The notes: a model not told the origin generated them from the letters alone. Shown: positions 18,584-28,866, counted from the first letter of the stretch. The stretch: DNA of 64,000 bases from an uncultured Desulfobacterales bacterium (GCA_964636125.1 CAZWPX010000003.1:35606-99605), one strand, 5' to 3'. A program made the numbers and translations.

Positions 18584-19419
18584 CAGGCCGGGTTCCCGTC
18601 CGTAGAGTTCTTACCTTCAACCGAAGCGTTGTCATAGGTAACCTGCCGGGCTGCGCCGGTAGAAGCCTGTTCAGGCGGCAGCAGCAGCGCCTGTCGATTT
18701 TCAGGGTGCATTTCCAGCTGAATCCTGAATTTATCCACTTCAACCTGACTCTCAATGGTTTTACGGGCGAGCAGGTAGCGCAGGTAAATGACCCAGACAA
18801 CCAGGGCCAGGAGGACCCCCACGGCTCCCAGGACCACCCACTTATACTGGACGATGGTTTCGAGCCCGACTGTTCCGATCCGGGTCAGCATATTGGGCAG
18901 CATCCAGATCGCCAGGGCCGTGAGAAAAGTGAGCGCCCCGATTACGAAAATATTAAACTGGCTCACTTTGCGGATAACCCTTTCAAATCTGGTCTCAGAT
19001 TCATCCGGAGCCGATTCAGGCGCCGGTCGGGCACGGGTTTCCGGATAGACCAGCGACGCATAGGCCCGCACCGCGAACCCAAAAAGCAGGATGGCGCCCA
19101 CGGGCACACCGACGGCAGCCGCAAACCAGGCCCGGAAAGGAAACGGAACCACACTGGTTACCAGCTGGGTGGCATAATTTTCCAGGGGGCCGAATGTCTG
19201 TTCGAAGTAGTATCTGTTGAATTCGGTCAACTGCCGACCGTCGGCCTCATAGATCAGCTGACCCTGGTGCCCCAGGACCTGCAGCCGGGCCTCACGGCCG
19301 GATTTCATTGCCGCAAGGGCGAATATTTCAAGTTCAATCAGTAAAAGACCCACGCCGATAAATATAAAAACGGTTCTATTTTCCCTGATGAGTTGCAGTA
19401 TTCCGGATTGCTCAGGCAT
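18583..19419 (-). CDS. Hypothetical multi-pass membrane protein
   Basis: The ATG at 19419 has AGGA upstream. The ORF-track start at 19530 is less likely. There are four hydrophobic segments. The stop overlaps the DHH gene start by 1 nt. No family was recognised. Confidence 0.6.
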   Translation of the reverse strand: MPEQSGILQLIRENRTVFIFIGVGLLLIELEIFALAAMKSGREARLQVLGHQGQLIYEADGRQLTEFNRYYFEQTFGPLENYATQLVTSVVPFPFRAWFAAAVGVPVGAILLFGFAVRAYASLVYPETRARPAPESAPDESETRFERVIRKVSQFNIFVIGALTFLTALAIWMLPNMLTRIGTVGLETIVQYKWVVLGAVGVLLALVVWVIYLRYLLARKTIESQVEVDKFRIQLEMHPENRQALLLPPEQASTGAARQVTYDNASVEGKNSTDGNPA

Positions 19420-19540
19420 TGTGTTCCTATGGGGCAAAAGATGTCGTTTGTGGATGGACACTGAATAACACAAGCGCGATACCCGGTTCAAGACACAATA
19501 GCAGACTTTTTGTACCTGTATAAACCTCAACGTTGCAAAA

Positions 19541-19630
19541 GTCGGAGGGCTTCAGAGCCAAGGCTGAAAGGGTGAAGTTGTAGTGTACTACCGCGAACCC
19601 TTGAAAACGCAGGATCTGGAGCCCTCCGGC
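19541..19630. repeat. Structured imperfect-palindrome element, copy A of a local repeat family
   Basis: The outer arms 19541-19559 and 19612-19630 are complementary at 16/19 positions. Inner stems are aagggt/accctt and gtag/ctac. It contains caaggctgaa (19559-19568) and gaaaacgcag (19603-19612), both shared with the element at 20341-20508. Confidence 0.5.
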
Positions 19631-19918
19631 TTTCCCGCAGGGTTACTAACATGGCAAAATTGGCCCAATCCTTTGAATTCACTTACGGTCAACTCCAGAC
19701 AGAGTTGGAATTGTCGCGGTATCTGAAAAAATTGCAAGCGCTTAACACCACTTTGCCATGTTGTTTATGCAACCTTGTGGAAAAACACCGGTTGACACAC
19801 CTTTGGGTTCTGATACTAGAAAAAAATCCAGTTGCCTCTGTCAACGTCATATATAGAGTGAGAACATAATGAACCCTGAACGGGGAACCTCTTAACTCCA
19901 ATACCAGGTGGTCCGGCC

Positions 19919-20332
19919 ATGCTGCTGTACAAGTTTCTGGACATCTTTTTCCTTGTTTTTCACACCCTGATCATCCTGTTTAACCTGACAGGCTGGATCT
20001 GGAAAAAAACCCGTCTGGCTAACCTGGCCGTCCTGTCCATCACCGCCTTTTCATGGTTTTTCCTCGGATTCTGGTATGGGTTTGGCTACTGTTTCTGTGT
20101 GGACTGGCACTGGACCGTGAAGATGAAACTGGGTGAACACGACCTGCCGCACTCTTACATAAAGTACCTGCTTGACCTGCTGACCGGCCTTGACTGGAAT
20201 GCAACCCTGGTCGACATCCTGACATTTGGATTCTTTTTTGCAGCCTTGCTGATCTCGCTCGGCCTGAATATCAGAGACTGGCTTCGCCGCAGAAAGCAAA
20301 ACCACAGCCCCGGGCCAGAAGACGCCCCTTGA
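19919..20332 (+). CDS. Small four-TM membrane protein (tentatively DUF2784-like)
   Basis: 137 aa, hydrophobic, with a CFCVDWHW motif. The family assignment is from memory only. Confidence 0.6.
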   Translation: MLLYKFLDIFFLVFHTLIILFNLTGWIWKKTRLANLAVLSITAFSWFFLGFWYGFGYCFCVDWHWTVKMKLGEHDLPHSYIKYLLDLLTGLDWNATLVDILTFGFFFAALLISLGLNIRDWLRRRKQNHSPGPEDAP

Positions 20333-20340
20333 ATCGAGAG

Positions 20341-20508
20341 TGTCCCGTCACAAGGGGTAGGTTTTGGTTCAGGGCGTCGCGAAGCAAGTGCCTATCGTGG
20401 TGCAAGGCTTGAACGTTTTTGAAACCGCAGGCATAGCGGGCTATTCCGAGGATTTCAAAAAAGTGAAAACGCAGCCCTGGGCCAAAAGATGCCCCTTGTG
20501 TCGGGACA
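20341..20508. repeat. Structured element, copy B of the same repeat family, filling the convergent intergenic gap
   Basis: The terminal inverted repeats 20341-20357 and 20492-20508 match at 16/17 positions. The inner hairpin is acgtttttgaaa / tttcaaaaaagt. It contains caaggcttgaa (20403-20413) and gaaaacgcag (20465-20474). Its right end repeats 27 nt of the upstream gene's 3' end. Confidence 0.5.
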
Positions 20509-20901
20509 CTACTTGACTGTCAGGACGGGACACCCCGCCCTAATAATTACAAACTGGGCGTTCGAGCCCATCAGGATTTTACCCACCCTTGAACGGCGCT
20601 TGACGCCCACCACAATCAGGTCAACATCATTTTCGGCCGCAAACGCCACAATATCCTCGCCCACGGTGTTCCCCCGGATGAGCAGATGCGGGCTGCACGC
20701 CACCCCGGCCTGCTCCGCCTGCTGCCGGGCTGCTTCCAGCCCCTTTTCAGCAATGCGGATATCATTGTTTTCATCGGTGGTGCCGGTAGTCTTGGATGTT
20801 ACCACCAGCAATTGTGCACTAAAAGCAGCGGCACTTTTAATCGCCATCTGCAGGGCTGCCTGGGAAGCGTTGGAACCATCGATGCCGACAAGTATTTTCA
20901 T
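20509..20901 (-). CDS. Universal stress protein (UspA family)
   Basis: The ATG at 20901 is preceded by AGGAG. MKILVGIDGSNASQAAL ... C-terminal GSNAQFVIIRAGCPVLTV matches the Usp ATP-binding pattern. Confidence 0.85.
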   Translation of the reverse strand: MKILVGIDGSNASQAALQMAIKSAAAFSAQLLVVTSKTTGTTDENNDIRIAEKGLEAARQQAEQAGVACSPHLLIRGNTVGEDIVAFAAENDVDLIVVGVKRRSRVGKILMGSNAQFVIIRAGCPVLTVK

Positions 20902-21038
20902 TGCGGTCTCCTTTCCTGAAATGGTTGTCGATCCTGTCCTTATGGTGTATATCTCTGGTAATTGAGCAGTTGATAGATTTCGCAATAGTAAGGCATCAAC
21001 AGCAGTTACGCAAGGCTGCCTGACAAAACGGAGAAATT

Positions 21039-21950
21039 ATGCCGGCCACTGGAACCCGCCGCACACACAAGCAGGTTGCCGTACTTGCTATCATTTGCCT
21101 GACGACTCTCATTGGCATACTGGTGTTTGCGTACAGCGGCATATTAAAAAAACAAGTCCCGCCGGACGACCATGAGGTGTCCGGAGGGACTCATAAAATT
21201 GACAAGCGTGCACTTATTGCCACCCTGGAGAAAAAGGTCCGGGCCATCCCGGCCGAGAATATAGCCGCCAACCTTGATGGTTATCAACGTCTGCTCAAGC
21301 TTTCAGCGGGCAATGCCCGGTATGAACGTAAAGTCGCCTACTATAGAGCCCGGGAAACGGCTGCCAGCCGGACAGAGCCCACCAAAATTGAAACCAAAAG
21401 CACTCGCCGGGAATACATCAAGGTTGGATTTCCTGATCCACGTGTGCTGTCTGCCCCGGAAACGGGTGCAATGATTGGCCGGGTTGATTCGGGAAAGCTT
21501 GTGGAGATCCTCGATAGACAGGTTATCGAATCGGGATCGCTTAAAATCACCTGGTATAAAATCAAATACGGAGACCGTTCCGGCTGGCTGAGCCAGCTTG
21601 GTACCACTGGAGAGGAGATTGTTCAGGTTAGTGACGCGGCGGGGACCATGTCCGAACAGCGTACACCGACTGCGGGGCTGAATCCCTGGGAGAAACTGGC
21701 GGCCACCATGATCGACGATTACCAGGGTAAGATCGTCGCAATTGAACGGCTGGATATCGAGGAAAGCCATTTTTCTCTGTACAGCGGCATGCACCCCGAG
21801 CAGGTCCGGCAAACCTGTGAAAACATCGGTTATTACATTCGCAACAGTACCGGCGAATCGCCCGTCGTTGTGGCCCTGGTTGACGGCCAGCCGGTTGCCA
21901 GGGCACATCCGGCCGGCACTAAATATCAGGCTTCCCTGCTTACAAGATGA
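21039..21950 (+). CDS. Membrane-anchored hypothetical protein with an SH3b-like domain
   Basis: 303 aa. N-terminal TM segment (VAVLAIICLTTLIGILVFAY). The central segment YIKVGFPDPRVLSAPETGAMIGRVDSGKLVEILD...WYKIKYGDRSGWLSQ resembles bacterial SH3. Confidence 0.55.
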   Translation: MPATGTRRTHKQVAVLAIICLTTLIGILVFAYSGILKKQVPPDDHEVSGGTHKIDKRALIATLEKKVRAIPAENIAANLDGYQRLLKLSAGNARYERKVAYYRARETAASRTEPTKIETKSTRREYIKVGFPDPRVLSAPETGAMIGRVDSGKLVEILDRQVIESGSLKITWYKIKYGDRSGWLSQLGTTGEEIVQVSDAAGTMSEQRTPTAGLNPWEKLAATMIDDYQGKIVAIERLDIEESHFSLYSGMHPEQVRQTCENIGYYIRNSTGESPVVVALVDGQPVARAHPAGTKYQASLLTR

Positions 21951-21977
21951 TACGGTTGGAAAGGAGAAGGAATTCAC

Positions 21978-22283
21978 ATGTACGTCATGGTTGATCTTTG
22001 TGTCGTTCCCCTTGGTGTCGGTGTTTCGGTATCAAAATATGTGGCCGCCTGTCAGCAGGTAATTGAAAAGGCCGGCCTGGAATTTACCTTGCATGCTTAC
22101 GGTACCAACATAGAAGGTGACTGGGATGCCGTATTCACAGCTATTAAAGCCTGCCATAAGGTTGTCCATGGCCTGGGCGCGCCGCGCATCACCACGACTT
22201 TAAAAGTCGGCACCCGCACAGATCGTGAGCAGTCCATGGCAGATAAAATTTTAAGTGTTCAAAAACAATTGCGAGACTCGTAA
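21978..22283 (+). CDS. MTH1187/YkoF-family (UPF0045) small protein
   Basis: 101 aa. VDLCVVPLGVGVSVSKYVA...HAYGTNIEGDWD...ITTTLKVGTRTD is typical of this family. Confidence 0.75.
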   Translation: MYVMVDLCVVPLGVGVSVSKYVAACQQVIEKAGLEFTLHAYGTNIEGDWDAVFTAIKACHKVVHGLGAPRITTTLKVGTRTDREQSMADKILSVQKQLRDS

Positions 22284-22777
22284 TGGGCAAGAAAGCATTC
22301 CCGATCACACCGGCTATCAGGATACTGCGCAAAACAAAACCTCCCTTCAGTGTCCATCTCTACAACTATGAGGACCGTGGCGGTGCCCGACAGGCTGCCC
22401 GGGCGCTGTCTCTGCCGGAGGACGCCATTATCAAGACCCTGGTGTTCCAGGATCACCGCAATAAGGGGCTCCTGGTCCTGATGCATGGTGACCGACAGGT
22501 CTCGGCCAGGCAGTTGGCCCGTACCCTGAATTGTAAAAAAGCAACCCCCTGCGACCCCCAACAGGCATTCAAGCTCACCGGCTATAAAGTGGGCGGTATC
22601 AGTCCCTTTGGTACGCGCACAGCCTTGCCCGTTTATGTGGAGTCATCCATTCTGGACCTTGAAACGCTTTATATAAATGGCGGCAAACGGGGCATGCTGG
22701 TCCAGATTGAAGCCACCCTTATACAATCCGAGCTCAAGGCGACCCCGGTGCGTGTCGCCCTGCCCCTTGATCATTAG
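22283..22777 (+). CDS. ybaK: YbaK/EbsC-type Cys-tRNA(Pro) deacylase
   Basis: 164 aa. The family motif GYKVGGISPFG is present. The start overlaps the previous stop (TAATG). Confidence 0.8.
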   Translation: MGKKAFPITPAIRILRKTKPPFSVHLYNYEDRGGARQAARALSLPEDAIIKTLVFQDHRNKGLLVLMHGDRQVSARQLARTLNCKKATPCDPQQAFKLTGYKVGGISPFGTRTALPVYVESSILDLETLYINGGKRGMLVQIEATLIQSELKATPVRVALPLDH

Positions 22778-22817
22778 CAGCCTTACGGGTTTAAAATCGA
22801 GTACACAGGAGGGCCCC

Positions 22818-23279
22818 ATGGCCATTTACCTTGTCCAGCACGCAGCCTGCCTGCCCAAAGAGCAGGATCCTGAGAAAGGTCTGTCGGAAGCCGGTACCGC
22901 CGACGCCATCCGAATTGCCGAGGTAGCCGCAGGATACCGGGTCCCTGTGTCCCAAATTTTGCACAGTGGAAAAAAGAGAGCCCGGCAGACCGCTGAAATT
23001 TTCGCCCGGCATCTGGAACCGGCGGGTACCGTCAGCCCGATACAGGGTATAAAGCCCCTGGATGATGTTACCGTTTTTGGTGATCAACTGGACCCTGCGG
23101 CCAACACGATGTTTGTGGGCCATCTGCCTTTTATGGAGCGCCTGGCCGCTTATCTGGTCACAGGCACAACGGAACCACCCATATTCAAATTTCAGAATGC
23201 CGGCATTGTCTGTCTGGACCGGTATCCCGATACAGACGCCTTCGTGATACGGTGGGCGCTTATGCCGGATATCCGTTAG
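22818..23279 (+). CDS. sixA: Phosphohistidine phosphatase SixA
   Basis: The ATG at 22818 follows AGGAGG. The MAIYLVQHA N-terminus is a histidine phosphatase RHG-like motif variant. About 153 aa. The longer ORF-track N-terminus has no RBS. Confidence 0.75.
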   Translation: MAIYLVQHAACLPKEQDPEKGLSEAGTADAIRIAEVAAGYRVPVSQILHSGKKRARQTAEIFARHLEPAGTVSPIQGIKPLDDVTVFGDQLDPAANTMFVGHLPFMERLAAYLVTGTTEPPIFKFQNAGIVCLDRYPDTDAFVIRWALMPDIR

Positions 23280-23438
23280 TGTCCATTCACAGGGTGCATC
23301 TTCCGGCCCATTCCTGCGTTCGCGCCTTTTTTGCAATCCTCACCGTAGAACATCTACGCCTCCGGTTGCAAAACTTACCTGTCGACATCGGCAAGGGGTT
23401 GAGATATAAATAACGCCACCATTCAAAAGGAGAATCGA

Positions 23439-23927
23439 ATGTCCCCATGCCCCTGCGGCTCAGCCAACGAATATGATCATTGCTGCGGTCCCCTGATAAC
23501 TGCCGAACGGGAAGCCGACACGGCTGAAGCCCTGATGCGGTCACGCTATACCGCCTACACCCGAACTGAAACAGAGTACCTGCTCCGGACAATCCATCCC
23601 GCCAAGCAGGACACCTATGATGCCGAATCCATTCGCAAGTGGTCTGAAGAAGCGGATTGGCAAGGATTGGAAATCATGGCAACGGACAAGGGCGGCCGGG
23701 AAGACGATACGGGTACCGTGGAATTTACGGCCCGCTACACGGAGAGCAAAGAACCCTGTGAGCACCATGAGATCGCGGATTTTAAGAAACTGGACGGGAA
23801 GTGGTATTTTTTCGATGGCCGTACGCCCCGCCCGGAGACCTTTGTCCGCCAGGAGCCAAAAATAGGGCGCAATGCGCCGTGTCCCTGCCAGAGTGGTAAA
23901 AAGTATAAAAAATGCTGCGGCCGCTAA
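23439..23927 (+). CDS. ychJ: YchJ-family protein with SEC-C metal-binding motifs at both ends
   Basis: 162 aa. N-terminal [13 protein letters not shown] and C-terminal [14 protein letters not shown]. Confidence 0.85.
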   Translation: MSPCPCGSANEYDHCCGPLITAEREADTAEALMRSRYTAYTRTETEYLLRTIHPAKQDTYDAESIRKWSEEADWQGLEIMATDKGGREDDTGTVEFTARYTESKEPCEHHEIADFKKLDGKWYFFDGRTPRPETFVRQEPKIGRNAPCPCQSGKKYKKCCGR

Positions 23928-23955
23928 ATCCGTGAATCCCAGGAAAGGTCCCCCC

Positions 23956-25293
23956 ATGCCGGACAGAAAACAGATCCCCCGGAAGGTCATCAGCTATTTA
24001 GACACGGAGATCTGGCGCACCCGCCTTGACACAATGCCCGCATACCGGGCTTTTCCCATCAAAATCGTGCGGATCGCCCTCCTCTCTGTACGCGGCTTTG
24101 CCAAAGACGGTTGCACCCTGAGGGCCTCGGCCCTTACGTTTTACTCGCTGCTCTCGCTGGTACCGGCGGCAGCGCTGGCGTTTGGCATTGCCAAAGGGTT
24201 TGGTTTCGAAAGGTTGCTGGAGCGACGCCTCCTTGAAGATTTCCAGGCTCAGCAGGAAGTGGTTCTCAAGGTCATTGCGTTTGCCCAGTCGTTTCTGGAA
24301 AACACGCGCGGCGGCCTCATTGCCGGTATTGGTGTGGTCGTCCTGCTCTGGACACTGCTGAAGGTGCTTTCCAACATCGAACAGGCCTTCAATACCATCT
24401 GGGAAGTACACCAGAATCGCACCCTGGTTCGTAAATTCAGTGACTACCTGTCCATCATGTTCATCGGGCCGCTGCTGATTATCGTATCCAGCAGCGCCAC
24501 GGTATTCATTACAACCCGGATTACTGATCTTGTCAGCAATATTGATATGATAGATTCTTTGAGCCAGTGGATTTTCACCACTCTGAAGATGATTCCCTAT
24601 GGGCTTATCTGGGCTCTTTTCACGCTGGTCTACATGGTTATGCCCAATACCCGGGTCAGATTTTCAGCCGGCTTGACAGCCGGTATCATTGCCGGCACCA
24701 CCTATCAACTGGCCCAGTGGTTCTATATTGCCTTTCAAGTCGGCGCTGCCCGCTACAATGCCATTTACGGCAGTTTTGCCGCTCTGCCCCTTTTTCTCAT
24801 ATGGCTGCAGATCAGCTGGTTTATTGTCCTGTTCGGCGCTGAAATTTCATACGCCTGCCAGCATGCCGACGAATATGAGTATGCCCCTGATTTCACCAAC
24901 ATCAGTCCGCACTACAACCGGGTGCTGTCCCTTCTGATCGCCCACCGTGTGGTCCACAATTTTGCAGCCGGCCAACAGCCTTTTACGGCCGTGGGACTCT
25001 CCCACAACCTGAACATACCCATACGCCTGGTCAGGCGCATTCTGCACGGGTTTGTGGAAAGCAAGGTGTTCTCAAAAGTGCCCGCCGGGAACCGAGCCGG
25101 CACGGCCTACCAGCCGGCCCGCGATATCAACCTTTTCACGATCAAGTATATCACCGACGCCCTGGATAAGAACGGCGTAAACGACCTGCCCGTCAACAGA
25201 ACGCCCGCGCTTGACCTGATTGATCAGAGCCTGGACGCCTTCGACACAACCCTCCAAAATTCTGAGAGCAACCGGCTGCTGAAAGATTTCTGA
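23956..25293 (+). CDS. YihY/BrkB-family membrane protein with a C-terminal winged-helix-like extension
   Basis: The ATG at 23956 follows AGGAAAGG. The six-TM YihY core (LRASALTFYSLLSLVP..., GAEISYA) is followed by a soluble tail of about 140 aa. Confidence 0.8.
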   Translation: MPDRKQIPRKVISYLDTEIWRTRLDTMPAYRAFPIKIVRIALLSVRGFAKDGCTLRASALTFYSLLSLVPAAALAFGIAKGFGFERLLERRLLEDFQAQQEVVLKVIAFAQSFLENTRGGLIAGIGVVVLLWTLLKVLSNIEQAFNTIWEVHQNRTLVRKFSDYLSIMFIGPLLIIVSSSATVFITTRITDLVSNIDMIDSLSQWIFTTLKMIPYGLIWALFTLVYMVMPNTRVRFSAGLTAGIIAGTTYQLAQWFYIAFQVGAARYNAIYGSFAALPLFLIWLQISWFIVLFGAEISYACQHADEYEYAPDFTNISPHYNRVLSLLIAHRVVHNFAAGQQPFTAVGLSHNLNIPIRLVRRILHGFVESKVFSKVPAGNRAGTAYQPARDINLFTIKYITDALDKNGVNDLPVNRTPALDLIDQSLDAFDTTLQNSESNRLLKDF

Positions 25294-25294
25294 C

Positions 25295-27001
25295 ATGTTT
25301 TTGCCCACAACCAGATCTGAATGCCGTGACCTCGGCTGGCAGCGGCTGGATGTCATCCTCATCACCGGGGACAGCTATATTGACAGCCCTTACAGCGGCA
25401 CAACCTTGATCGGCAAACATCTTGTCGCCCATGGGTTTAAAGTCGGGATCATCGCCCAGCCGGATACCGACAGCCCGGACGACATTACCCGCCTGGGTAA
25501 ACCGCTGCTCTGGTGGGGCGTGTCAGGCGGCAGTGTGGACTCCCTGGTGGCGAACTATACCCCCACCCGCAAATGGCGCAAAACGGATGACTTTACGCCT
25601 GGAGGAATCAATAACCGGCGCCCGGACAGGGCTGTTATCGTTTATTCCAACCTTATTCGGCAATATTATAAAGATACCTGTCCCATTGTTTTAGGCGGTA
25701 TCGAAGCCAGTCTCAGAAGGATATCCCACTACGACTACTGGTCCAATCAGGTGCGCCGCTCGATCCTGTTTGATGCCCGGGCGGACTTTTTGGTCTACGG
25801 CATGGGGGAGCAGGCCGCCCTGGCCATCTCTTTGCACCTGGAAAGCGGACACGCGCTCACGGATATGCCCGGCATCTGCTACATCTCTAAAACCAGGCCG
25901 CCCGGGTTTTTAGCCCTCCCGTCCCATGCCCGGGTCAAAGCCGATAAACAGCTTTTTACCCGTATGTTTCTCGACTTTTACGAAAACAACGACCCCCTGA
26001 CAGCCAGGGGCCTTTACCAGCAGCAGGATACCCGCTACCTGGTTCACAATCCCCCGGCACCGGTTTTGGACCAGGGCCAGCTCGATGCCCTGTATGATCT
26101 GGACTTTGAACACACCCAGCATCCATTTTATGCCGCCATGGGACCTGTCAAGGCGCTGGATACCATCCGGTTCTCCATTACGACCCACCGGGGCTGCCAC
26201 GGCGAATGCAATTTCTGCGCTATTTCCGCCCACCAGGGCCAGACAGTGAGCTGGCGCAGTGAGGCATCAATTCTTAACGAGGCACGCAGGCTGGCGAAAC
26301 GACCCGATTTCAAAGGCATACTCCATGATGTGGGCGGCCCCACCGCCAATATGTACGGGTATGAATGCCGCAAAAAACTAAAGCAGGGCTGCTGCTCTGA
26401 TAAAAGATGCCTTTTTCCTGAAATCTGTCGGCAGATGCCGGTCAACCACGGCCCCCAGACAACCCTGCTCAAAAAACTGGCCGGCCTGCCGGGCATTAAA
26501 AAAGTATTTGTGGCCTCCGGCATCCGTTATGATCTCATCATGTCAGACAAGCGTGCCGGAGACGCCTTCCTTAAACAGCTGGTTTGGCAGCATGTGTCCG
26601 GGCAGATGAAAGTAGCGCCTGAGCATATGGACGATAATATATTGACTTTAATGGGCAAACCAGCCAATAAACTGCTCGTGGATTTTAAGAAGAAATTCGA
26701 CCGGCTATCCAGCGCCGCCCAAAAAAAACAGTTTTTGACCTATTATTTTATCGCTGCGCACCCGGGCTGCACCCTGGCGGACATGCGCCGCCTGTCCGGC
26801 TTTGCCCGCACCAGTCTTAAGCTCAATCCGGAGCAGGTGCAGATTTTCACACCAACCCCATCCACTTTTGCAACACTGATGTATCATACCGGCCAGGACC
26901 CTTTTTCCGGAAAACGGGTTTTTGTTGAAAAACATGTTCAGGGGAAATCCGCCCAAAAAGATGCGTTAGTGAATAAGAGAGTCCGAAAATTTAGAAAATG
27001 A
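25295..27001 (+). CDS. ygiQ: YgiQ-family radical SAM protein (UPF0313)
   Basis: 568 aa. N-terminal MFLPTTRSECRDLGWQRLDVILITGDSYIDSPYSG. Radical SAM cluster motif CHGECNFC. Confidence 0.9.
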   Translation: MFLPTTRSECRDLGWQRLDVILITGDSYIDSPYSGTTLIGKHLVAHGFKVGIIAQPDTDSPDDITRLGKPLLWWGVSGGSVDSLVANYTPTRKWRKTDDFTPGGINNRRPDRAVIVYSNLIRQYYKDTCPIVLGGIEASLRRISHYDYWSNQVRRSILFDARADFLVYGMGEQAALAISLHLESGHALTDMPGICYISKTRPPGFLALPSHARVKADKQLFTRMFLDFYENNDPLTARGLYQQQDTRYLVHNPPAPVLDQGQLDALYDLDFEHTQHPFYAAMGPVKALDTIRFSITTHRGCHGECNFCAISAHQGQTVSWRSEASILNEARRLAKRPDFKGILHDVGGPTANMYGYECRKKLKQGCCSDKRCLFPEICRQMPVNHGPQTTLLKKLAGLPGIKKVFVASGIRYDLIMSDKRAGDAFLKQLVWQHVSGQMKVAPEHMDDNILTLMGKPANKLLVDFKKKFDRLSSAAQKKQFLTYYFIAAHPGCTLADMRRLSGFARTSLKLNPEQVQIFTPTPSTFATLMYHTGQDPFSGKRVFVEKHVQGKSAQKDALVNKRVRKFRK

Positions 27002-28866
27002 ATCATTCTGCCATATTGAGCGTCAAAAATGTGAATCTGGCCTTCGGGGATGCACCGCTCCTGAAGCAGGCCTCCTTGCAGATCCATCCCGGGGACCGAA
27101 TTTGCCTGGTGGGCCGAAACGGGTCAGGCAAGTCCACCCTGCTGAAACTCCTGGCCGGACGCCTGCAGGCGGATGAAGGACGTATCGAACGTTCTAAAAC
27201 GGCTGTCGTCGCCTACCTGCCGCAGGAGGTTCCGCCCGGGTGCAATGAAACCGTGTTTAATATGATCGCGGCAGGATCTGGCACCAACGGAAACGCCCTC
27301 CCGGAACGGGGCGCCGCCGGCAAAACCGGAAAGTTGACCCGTCAGGTCACAGAAACAGAGAGCTGGGAAGTCCAGCACCGGTTTGAGAAAATTCTCACAA
27401 CCCTCCATTTAAATGCCCATGACCGGTTTAGTGATCTTTCTGCCGGCCTTAAACGGCGCGTGCTGCTGGCCCGTGCTCTGGCCCGGTTTCCCGATATTTT
27501 ATTGCTGGATGAGCCCACGAACCACATGGATATACCTTCAATCCAGCTCATCGAGAATCTCCTTTTGAAAAACGCCCGGACCCTGGTATTTGTTTCCCAC
27601 GACAGGACCTTTACGGGCACCCTGGCCACCCGGATCGTCGAACTGGACCGGGGGGAACTGAGAAACTGGGACTGCAGCTATGGGGATTTTATCCGGCGCC
27701 GGGAAAACCTGCTTACCGCCGAGACACAGCAGCGGCATAATTTTGACCGCAAACTCGAAAAAGAGGAAGCCTGGATTCGCCAGGGGCTCAAAGCCCGTCG
27801 CAACCGCAATGAAGGCCGGGTTCGGGCCCTTGAAAAACTCAGGGCCCTGCGCGCGTCCCGGCGAGAGAGAATCGGAAATGTCAACTTCCGGATTCAGTCT
27901 GGGGATTCATCCGGCAAGATCGTATTTAAAATCCGTAATACGGGCTTCCGATACACCGACAGCTGGATTGTGCGGAACTTTTCAACCACGATCCTGAGGG
28001 GCGACAAAATCGGCATCATAGGGCCCAACGGTTGTGGTAAAACGACTCTCCTGGGATTGATCCTGGGTAATATCAAACCCCTACAGGGGTCGGTAACCCA
28101 GGGAACCCGGATTGAAATCGCATTTTTCGACCAACTCCGGGAACAGCTTGACCCGGACAAAACGGTGCAGGAAAGTGTCGGTGATGGAAACGACCTTATA
28201 TCGGTTAACGGGAAAAGCCGGCATGTCATCGGCTATCTCAAAGACTTTCTGTTCAGTCCGGAAAGATCCCGAAGTCCGGTCCGCACGCTTTCCGGGGGAG
28301 AGCGCAACCGTCTCCTGCTGGCCCGCCTGTTCACCCGGCCGGCAAATGTACTGGTCCTGGATGAACCCACCAATGATCTCGACACGGAAACCCTGGAGCT
28401 GCTCGAGCAAAAGCTGATCGATTATCCGGGCACTTTGCTGCTGGTGTCGCATGACCGGACCTTTTTAAACAATGTTGTGACCAGTACACTCGTATTTGAG
28501 GGCGCCGGCCGGTTCGGGGAGTATGCCGGCGGTTACGATGACTGGTTCCGGCAGCAGAACAAGCCGGCCCAGAAAGTCCGCTCATCAGGGGCGTCCCCAA
28601 AAGCCAAAAAAAAACCGATACGCCGGTCTAAAAATAATAAATTGGGCTTTAATGAGCAAAGAGAGCTGTCTGGTTTGCCAGAAAAGATTGAAACCATGGA
28701 GCAAGAGCAGCAGGCCCTTTACGCCGAAATGTCAGATCCTGATTTTTATACCCGGGAAAGTGTCGTGATCTCCCGGGCCAAAAGCAGGCTGGAAGTGCTC
28801 GAAACGGATATCGCGCACGCCTATCAAAGATGGGAAAACCTGCAAACCCGGGCGGACGCGATATGA
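26998..28866 (+). CDS. uup: ABC-F family ATPase (Uup-like)
   Basis: 622 aa. Two ABC cassettes (GRNGSGKST, GPNGCGKTT; LSAGLKRR, LSGGERNR), no TM domain, and a C-terminal coiled-coil/basic tail. Confidence 0.85.
   Translation: MNHSAILSVKNVNLAFGDAPLLKQASLQIHPGDRICLVGRNGSGKSTLLKLLAGRLQADEGRIERSKTAVVAYLPQEVPPGCNETVFNMIAAGSGTNGNALPERGAAGKTGKLTRQVTETESWEVQHRFEKILTTLHLNAHDRFSDLSAGLKRRVLLARALARFPDILLLDEPTNHMDIPSIQLIENLLLKNARTLVFVSHDRTFTGTLATRIVELDRGELRNWDCSYGDFIRRRENLLTAETQQRHNFDRKLEKEEAWIRQGLKARRNRNEGRVRALEKLRALRASRRERIGNVNFRIQSGDSSGKIVFKIRNTGFRYTDSWIVRNFSTTILRGDKIGIIGPNGCGKTTLLGLILGNIKPLQGSVTQGTRIEIAFFDQLREQLDPDKTVQESVGDGNDLISVNGKSRHVIGYLKDFLFSPERSRSPVRTLSGGERNRLLLARLFTRPANVLVLDEPTNDLDTETLELLEQKLIDYPGTLLLVSHDRTFLNNVVTSTLVFEGAGRFGEYAGGYDDWFRQQNKPAQKVRSSGASPKAKKKPIRRSKNNKLGFNEQRELSGLPEKIETMEQEQQALYAEMSDPDFYTRESVVISRAKSRLEVLETDIAHAYQRWENLQTRADAI

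Noticed and set aside
19541-19630. Possible SRP (4.5S) RNA, because of the gccaaggc word.
   Set aside because: It lacks the conserved helix-8 core (GGUCCGGAAGGAAGCAGCC-type sequence with a GNRA loop). Only a short word matches.
19651-19901. Overlapping 72-aa (plus) and 70-aa (minus) ORFs in the divergent intergenic region.
   Set aside because: They are mutually antisense and AT-rich, have no RBS, and show no similarity to anything I recognise. They are probably spurious.
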